From the human T2T-CHM13v2.0 reference genome, Homo sapiens, in assembly GCF_009914755.1 (NCBI RefSeq), contig NC_060945.1: a DNA stretch of 64,000 nucleotides, one strand, 5' to 3'. The position numbers and the translations under genes are program-made. This document shows positions 56,430-64,000 of the stretch, piece by piece. Numbering within the stretch: position 1 is the first letter of the stretch; every line of letters begins with the position of its first letter. Below the pieces are notes generated by a model that did not search any database, was not told the DNA's origin, and saw only the letters and a program-made list of their open reading frames with translations.

Positions 56430-56517
56430 ACTTCTAAATGAAAAAAAGCATATATCTATAAAGCACAATGAGTAGATATGGACACTACTAGGAGTAAAGA
56501 AACATTTATTGAGTGGA

Positions 56518-56905
56518 GTGGTAGAAAATAATAGTGCTCAGCCATGTCTGATTGTTTTTTCTTCTATGGAAATATAGAAAATCACACCTCCTAACAGGCC
56601 CATAGGATTAGTTATGGCCAAGGAAAAATGAAAGGAAGTGATGTGTCTCACTTCTGGGCTGCAGGAACAGTAATCCCATATACAGTTCTCCTATCTACCA
56701 CTTCCTCCAAGACACAGAATGTGGAGGCCACTGTTGAGGATACAATGTGAAAAGGATGAAGCTGCCTGGTATACTGAGTCACTGCCTGGTGGATCAAGTC
56801 AACCAAACGCATGGTGGACTTTACAGACATGAGAAATACATTGTGCTGTGTTCTGCTGCTGAGATTTTGGGATTGTAGCATATCCTCATCTATCCTCACT
56901 AATAT
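56518..56905 (+). mobile_element. MLT1J-like LTR
   Basis: GGAAGTGATGTGTCTCACTTCTGGGC...GAGAAATACA...CTGAGATTTTGGGATTG. Confidence 0.65.
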
Positions 56906-58389
56906 GGGAAATGGTTAAATGATAACACACATCTATCTACCATCTATAAACATGAATAACATTTCTGAGGTATCAATTTGCAAACAGCATAAAACAGAAA
57001 GAAAAACCTCACACTCTGAAATTTGTCATTGAATTTAATAGCAAGTTAAGTAAGCTGTATCGCCATAATGCTACTTACGTAGACACTGTTGGAAATGGAT
57101 TGATTTTGTTGACTGCCTGCCCGTGTGGTAAATCCCTATAAGTTAAAGGCACACACAAAGGTCATATTTGCCTCAGTAACGAATTTTTTAGTAGCAAGCA
57201 GTAGCCACTGTCAGGCTACCATAAAGGATGGTTCCACGAAATGGCTGGAAATGATGCTCATGCTCTCATAACGAGTGGCAGGGAAATAAATCTCTCCCTC
57301 ATTCTGATAGACTTTGCCGTGTTTGGCAAAGCTTTCTAAAGCTGTGATAGAGAGTGGAGTTAGCTTCAGGAATAAGCCAGTCCCGTAAGAATGTTAGAGG
57401 AGGCCTTTCCGTGTCCAGCAATAAATTGTCTATCTGATAGGTCAATTGACTCCTGTTGGAGCCCAGATCATCCTGATTGCTGCACCAAGCACCATCATCA
57501 GTGGACCATGCTATAGGAAATAACAGTTATTTAAGAAGTGGGGAGATTTCACTTGTGTTCTCCAAAATATTGGGATTTTTGATTCTGCAACAGTAAGATA
57601 TACAATTTTTTTCCCCATTCTTCTCTGGATATATTTATTTAATTTGTAAAAAAAAAATCTCTCATGGCAAGTCTTCTATAGTTATCACCAAATAATTCTA
57701 AATTTCTGGGAAGAAGACTGGTTTGAAAATCCATTGATTGCAGACATTTCTAATGGTTGACCCCTCTTTTTCTCAGCCCCAAGAAGCTATAACTGGATGG
57801 GTGAAACATGATGTATATTGCCTTTATTGCATTCTATGAAGAAATGAAAGTCAAGCTGAAGCAATTAATGTTCTTTTAAAAATGGTCTCAAACTCAGTAT
57901 ATAACTGTTATTTAACTGATGATTTGATTAATTAACTGACTTATGGATCATTTTCTATCTTGGTGAGGAAAAAAGTATTCATTGTCTTTTGGTGGCAGCT
58001 CTTCACCACCAAAGGTTAACATCTGGAGTGACACATAGAAGATTTCTTCTTAATAAAAAGAAATCCAAGCTATATAACTTACTTTATTATTTCTGCTTCA
58101 ACACTGCATAAAATACATGTCTTTTGTCTTGCAATGATTACATTCACAACTAGATAAGATAACTTTAAAACAAAGATAGCCAATAATACCCATCATAAAA
58201 CAAGCACAGAAACAAGACAAGATAAATTCATGTAGGGGTAAATTATTTAGCCTTGTGACCAGCATATGTGTCTGATACTGGCATTGGACAGATATTCATA
58301 TGCCATTATGTTTTGTAGTAATGTAACCAAGATCTAAAACAGGAAGTAGGAAAACAACCCATATGGTCTGCATGAAATATGCTTCTTCC

Positions 58390-58693
<304 letters not shown>

Positions 58694-58879
58694 GAAATAT
58701 GTTTTTTCCAAAAGCCTCACTGCTGATGATTATGGAGAATTCTTAAACAGTGACTGACAACCCAACTGGGACTTCTCACTAACCGTTGCTGGAAAGTTTC
58801 ATTTCACCCCCAAAAGTAGACTGCAGTAGCTTAGCACTGGATTATACATAAAAGTGCCCAGGCTACTCTTCAGGTGCAA

Positions 58880-59048
58880 GTAGTTGTGTGCTGACAAATT
58901 GGATGTCTGCGAAAAAAAATATCCGGATTTGTAGCCAATTTCCATGGTGTAAATACTCTTACAATGGCCAATTTCCAGCTACCAGCTAACTTTCAAAATT
59001 TCAAAATATTTCATAAAACCATAAGAGACAGTTACAAAATACCACTGG
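58880..59048. mobile_element. MER63-like hAT fossil
   Basis: GATTTGTAGC..ATTTCCATGGTGTAAATACTC..ATGGCCAATTTC.AGCTACCA..ACCACTGG. Confidence 0.65.
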
Positions 59049-61217
59049 CCTGCCCAGGGGTCTTAAGAGAGGTCCCAGGACTCCATCCACAATGTAAGTT
59101 GTCCTTCATTCCATATCAGGAAGCCCTCAGTGTGTAAGCACCATCAAAAACCATTACTGCCTCCCTCTACATCTGTCTTTATTTTTCTGACAACTTAGTG
59201 TTTCTCTCTGGGGATGTTTAACAACTACCCTATTTAGTATCTGAGTCAGTGAATAGCAGAAATTTTAATTCCTATTTACAAGTAGATACATTGCTTGTTA
59301 AATATTTTGTAAACTGTAAAATGGAGAAACACTATTGTTTTTTTTTAATTACTATTTTCTCCTTAATTTCCTCTGTGAGATTACTGATCCCTGTATTGTT
59401 CTCTTCTTTCATAAACATCAAGCAAACATCAGACGTTGCTAAAATCCCAACTGCTACATTTCAATTTTACTCCTTTCTACAGACTGTGTTTGAAGAAAGT
59501 AATTTGAATTATTTATATCCCTAAGTTTACAGCTATTAAATGGGAATTATAATAGCTATTGTTCACATGAGCTGAAAATTACAAAATCGCTGGATTTATT
59601 CATGCTCCATGTCTAAAATGTCTTCGAATCACTGCATTTGTGCTTAATTAAATTCAGTTGTTTTCCAGTTTTTTGCCAAGTACATTAAAGTTGAAGTTAA
59701 AATCTGTTTTTATTTTTATTTGATGCCAAGGGAGCAAGATATCAACATATGTCAAATTTAAAGGGAAATATATCTATTAATACATACACACTATCATGCA
59801 AGATGTTCCAACTGTGCACATTTCTCAAGAGGAGAGGAGAAAAAATCTACAAAAATGACTTTTGCTGCAAGAAGAATATAAACAAGTTAAAATCCTTTCG
59901 TGATAACAAAAGTCTCACAAAAGAGGACTGGACTTTGTCCATGTTTTAGGAATTTGCAGATATAAAGAGTTAGTTATCTTCTACTCCAGCTCTGTAATGT
60001 GTAGTGTGAAAATATTTGCTGTCAGAAAAAAACAAAGTGGGAAGGCATAGATTTCACTGACAGAGAGAGATCAAGAATCCTTTCACCTCATATCTTTATA
60101 TTTCTAACTTTCATCAAATGCTTGCAATATGACAAAAACATTGATTTTTTTACTACTCTCCCCATAACCCCAAACTTTTAAAAAATCCTGCAAGCATCTT
60201 GTTCTTTGGCATGAAATTCACTGTTAAGGCATGTTGTAAGGGCCCTGCTTGCCTAGCTGCATAATACTAAGCAGTTTAGTGCAGCATAGCTGATAGGCTA
60301 CTCCTTTCTATTTTTTTCCACTAAAATGTCAGCAAGTTTTAGGCAAAGAAGCATATGAGGTAATATAACACATACGCCAATAAGGATATTAATTTCTAAA
60401 GAATGCATCCAAACAATTGAGAGTGTTACAGGAACACTTTCTCAGTTAACTCCCCAAAGGGTGTAACAAAAACTAAATCTATCTGTAAAAAGTAGTTTAT
60501 AAAACATGTATTACATTATGTTTGAATAAATGTGGTTTTAGGAGTGTTTTTGGTACACTATACAAATCCAACTCTCCTAATCTCAGTATTTGTCATAAAG
60601 GTCCACTCCTCAAAAAAAAAAACAATTCAAACACTCAAAATTGTATCATTTCGGTAGTTCGAGACTTGGAACTTTTGAAGACTTTATGTCAACAGAAAAA
60701 TAATTCAGCCCGTTCCTTAGCTTTTAGGAACATTACTTTCTCAATGTTGTATTAATTCATACTTCTAAACCCAGGAGATTCAGCGATATTTGTGTGCAGA
60801 AAAGGATGAAAAGTCCTTACTCCATTAGATAAAACAATTTGCATCTTAGCTCCATTGTATAGCACATCTTTATCTCACTTTGAGACTTAGAATGATTGGT
60901 GAAAATTGCAAGTGTTGTCCAGTAAAACAAAAACAACAAAAAACGCAGGGTGGTGATGGTAAGGGTGGGGGGTGTGGAACAATAGGACTGGAATTGTCCA
61001 CTGCTCTCTGCACAGATAAGCTAACAGGAGAAAGCCAATGTCCTGAATTAGAAGGGTCCAGAAGCAAATTATTTTCACTGGAGACATTCCTTGAAGTCCC
61101 AGTCTAATGTGGGGTTTACCATTTTTCTCATAAAATTTACAATTTCCCTTCATACTGTCGAGCACTATTGGTTGTAATATTTGTAGTTCATGAGTATTTG
61201 TTTAATGATTGTTTTCC

Positions 61218-61362
61218 TTTTTTTTAATTATACTTTAAGTTTTAGGGTACATGTGCACAACGTGCAGGTTAGTTACATATGTATACATGTGCCATGTTGG
61301 TGTGCTGCACCCATTAACTCGTCATTTAACATTAGGTATATCTCCTAATGCTATCCGTCCCC
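61218..61362 (-). mobile_element. Young L1PA (about PA3-PA5) extreme 3' end, ~140 bp
   Basis: Near-perfect TTATACTTTAAGTTTTAGGGTACATGTGCACAACGTGCAGG...CCATTAACTCGTCATTTAACATTAGG. Confidence 0.93.
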
Positions 61363-62414
61363 ACTCTAAGCTCCGTGAGGCAAGGCTATTATATTCAATG
61401 CCATGAACTGTCCTTGGCTTTTTCTGTACCTCAAATCTACCATGATGCTAACAAGTTTTCCTCTGCTATTTTGTTGTTATTTTCAGTGACGTTCACCAGA
61501 CATGGCCTGACTGCTATCTCTTTTCTTCTATCCATATCCAAGATTCTCGATTGACCTGTGAATTGACTGCTCTTGAGTTAATGCTGAATCCTGGTCCAAG
61601 TGGTTGCTTTTAGAGGGAAGTCAGATCACGAGGGGCAGCATCTCTGCTGAGAGGGCTCCCTTCTATATAAAACTCTCTGACCAGCCAGTGTTCCTTAAAC
61701 AGAGGAGCAAACATGTAAGCTGATATGCACTGTCTCCTCTTTTTATCAATGAGGGCTTTCAGGTACTTTTTCACGCATCTTAAAAATCCAGGACTGTATC
61801 TGGCACTTGAAAAGTTCCAACCAAGTCAGGTAATTTTCTATCTTTTTATACTAATTTTACTAGGTAATTAACTACAACACACATATATATTTAAAAATAT
61901 GTTTATCGTAAATAACAATTACTATGTATTATGGAATATTCGTTTTTCACACTTATTTAATACATCAGTTTATATACATTTCTTCATGGTCTACATAAGA
62001 ACATATTGGTCTGCATTGCTGTTACATTCCAAGAGTAATTCTTAAAATGTTCGTCGTGTGCATCTTTGACTTCATAATAAATACTTTAAATTATTATAAT
62101 GCATGTTTGTGAATTTCTAGTTTTGTAAGGCAGAGTGCTAGAAATGTTTCTTAACAATTTGTAATAACTCACTTTATAATCTCTAATAAAAATAATGAAT
62201 AATTGCAATGCATATCTCTAGAAATAAAATTTCTCTGGACTATATATTTGGAACGAACATTTTAGCTTCTTACATTGTGTATTTTAGAGGTTAAAATATG
62301 GAAACGATCACATATCACACATTTAAATTTAAGTAGCCTATGCAATTAATACTGGAATTAAGTGCTATGTTATAATATTAATTTTTTAGGTACAAGTGAC
62401 CAATATTATGAAAT

Positions 62415-64000
62415 TATTTTTATTTTTAAATTTTATTTAGAATTGGGGTTATATGTGCTTGTATGTTACATATAGTGCTTACTTGTGGTGTTTGAGCTTC
62501 TAAGTGTACCAACAATGAAAATATTGAACATTGTACCTGATAGGTAATTTTTCAACACTCGCCTCTTTTCCACCCTTCCGTCTTTTGGAGTCCCTATTGT
62601 CTATTAGTTCTATCTTTATGTCCATGTGTATGCATTATTTAGCTCCCACTTATAAGTAAAAGCATATGATATTTGGTTTTCCATTTCTAAGTTAGTTTCT
62701 AAGTTAGTTCACTTAGGATATTGGCCTCTATTCCAACTATGTTGCTGCAAAAAACATGATTACATTCTTTTTTATGACTGCAAAGCATTCCATAGTGTAC
62801 ATATATCACATTTTTAAAATTCCAGTCAAACATTAATGGACACTTAGTTTGGTTCCATGACTTTGTTATTGTGAATAGTGCTGCAATGTACAAATTAGTA
62901 CAGGTGTCTTTTCAGTATAATGATTTCTTTTCTTCTGGGTAAGAAAATCTCACTACCCAGTAGTGGGATTTTTGGGCCAAATGGTAGTTCTACTTTTAGT
63001 TGTTTGAGAAATGTCGAAACTGTTTTCCCTAGAAGTTGAACTAATTTATATTTCTACCAACAATATATAAAAGTTCCCTTTTCTCTGCATACACATCAAT
63101 GTTCCCTTTTCTCTGCATACACACCAACACCTGTTTTTTGACTTTTTAGTAATAGCCATTCTGACTGGTGTAAGATGATATTGCAATATGGTTTTAATTT
63201 CATTTCTCTGATGATCAGTGATATTGAGCATTTTTTCATGTGTTTGTTGGCCACTTGTATTTCTTCCTTTGAGAGGTGTTGCTCATGTCCTTTACCCAGC
63301 TTTTAATGGGACTGTTTGCTTGTTTTTTTTGAATTGAGTTCCTCATAGATTCTGATTATTAGTCCTCTGTCAGAGGCATAATTTGCAAATATTTTCTCCC
63401 ATTCTGTAGGTTGCCTGTTTACTCTGCTGATTATTTATTCTGCTATATAGAAGCTTTTTAGTTTAATTAAGTCTCATTTGTCTATTTTTGTTTTTGTTGC
63501 ATTTGTTTTTGAGGTCTTCATCATAAATTCTTTGCCTAAGCCAATGTCCAGAAAAGATTTTCTAATTTTTTTCTAGTATTTTTATAGGTTCAGGTATTAA
63601 ATTTATGTCTTTAAACCATTGATATAGTTTGGCTATGTCCTCACTCAAATCTCATCTTGAATTGTATCTCCTATAATCCCCACGTGTCTTGGGAAGGACC
63701 CGGTGGGAGGTAATTGAATCATGAGGGTAGGTCTTTCCTGCGCCATTCTCATGATAGTAAGTCTCACGGGATCTGATGGTTTTATAGAGGGAGTTTCCCT
63801 GCACATGCTCTCTCTTGCCTGCTGCCATGTGAGATGTCTCTTTGCTCTTCCTTCGTCTTCCATCATGACTGTGAGGCCTCCTCAGCCATGTGGAAAAATT
63901 AGTCCGTTAAATCTCTTTTCTTTATAAATTACCCGGTCTCGGGTATTTCTGTATTAGCAGCATGAAAACAGACTAATATGTCCATATTGAATTAATTTTT
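62415..64000 (-). mobile_element. L1PB/old L1PA 3' end, interrupted by THE1 and continuing past the window
   Basis: TTTAGCTCCCACTTATAAGT, AATAGCCATTCTGACTGGTGTAAGATG, TTTGCAAATATTTTCTCCCATTCTGTAGG; L1 ORF2 C-terminal-like peptide YHLTPVRMA at 63046-63231. Confidence 0.9.
63620..63980 (+). mobile_element. THE1B-like solo LTR
   Basis: TGATATAGTTTGGCT...ACAGACTAATA; 5-bp TSD ACCAT/TCCAT. Confidence 0.93.

Noticed and set aside
60948-60977. G-rich tract as a G-quadruplex
   Set aside because: Only three runs of three or more G
62699-63231. L1 ORF2-like peptides ([17 protein letters not shown])
   Set aside because: Disrupted fragments of a dead L1, not a functional CDS

Overview
AT-rich primate (human-like) intergenic or deep-intronic DNA. 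I find no protein-coding gene; the supplied ORFs are short and mostly lie in Alu, LTR, L1 or low-complexity sequence. The window is dominated by interspersed repeats: 12 Alus (J, S and Y; most with visible target-site duplications, TSDs), five THE1 and one MSTA LTR, several MLT1 LTRs, a MER41-like ERV1 solo LTR, a nested LTR16/ERVL relic, old and young L1 fragments, L2, MIR, L3 and Tigger/MER DNA-transposon fossils. Family names come from recalled consensus sequences, not from a RepeatMasker run. I cannot demonstrate a new biological system. The best leads are: (1) a diverged full-length U6 snRNA copy fused to an old L1M 3' end, a candidate ancient U6/L1 chimera (34.6-35.0 kb); (2) two locally templated duplications, 66 bp and 82 bp, within a 23-30 kb zone rich in small duplications; (3) a ~115-bp nested palindrome at 15.5 kb; (4) CpG-retaining unique segments with splice signals at 5.9 kb and 57.1 kb; (5) LTR-borne STAT (GAS) and DUX4-type motifs.
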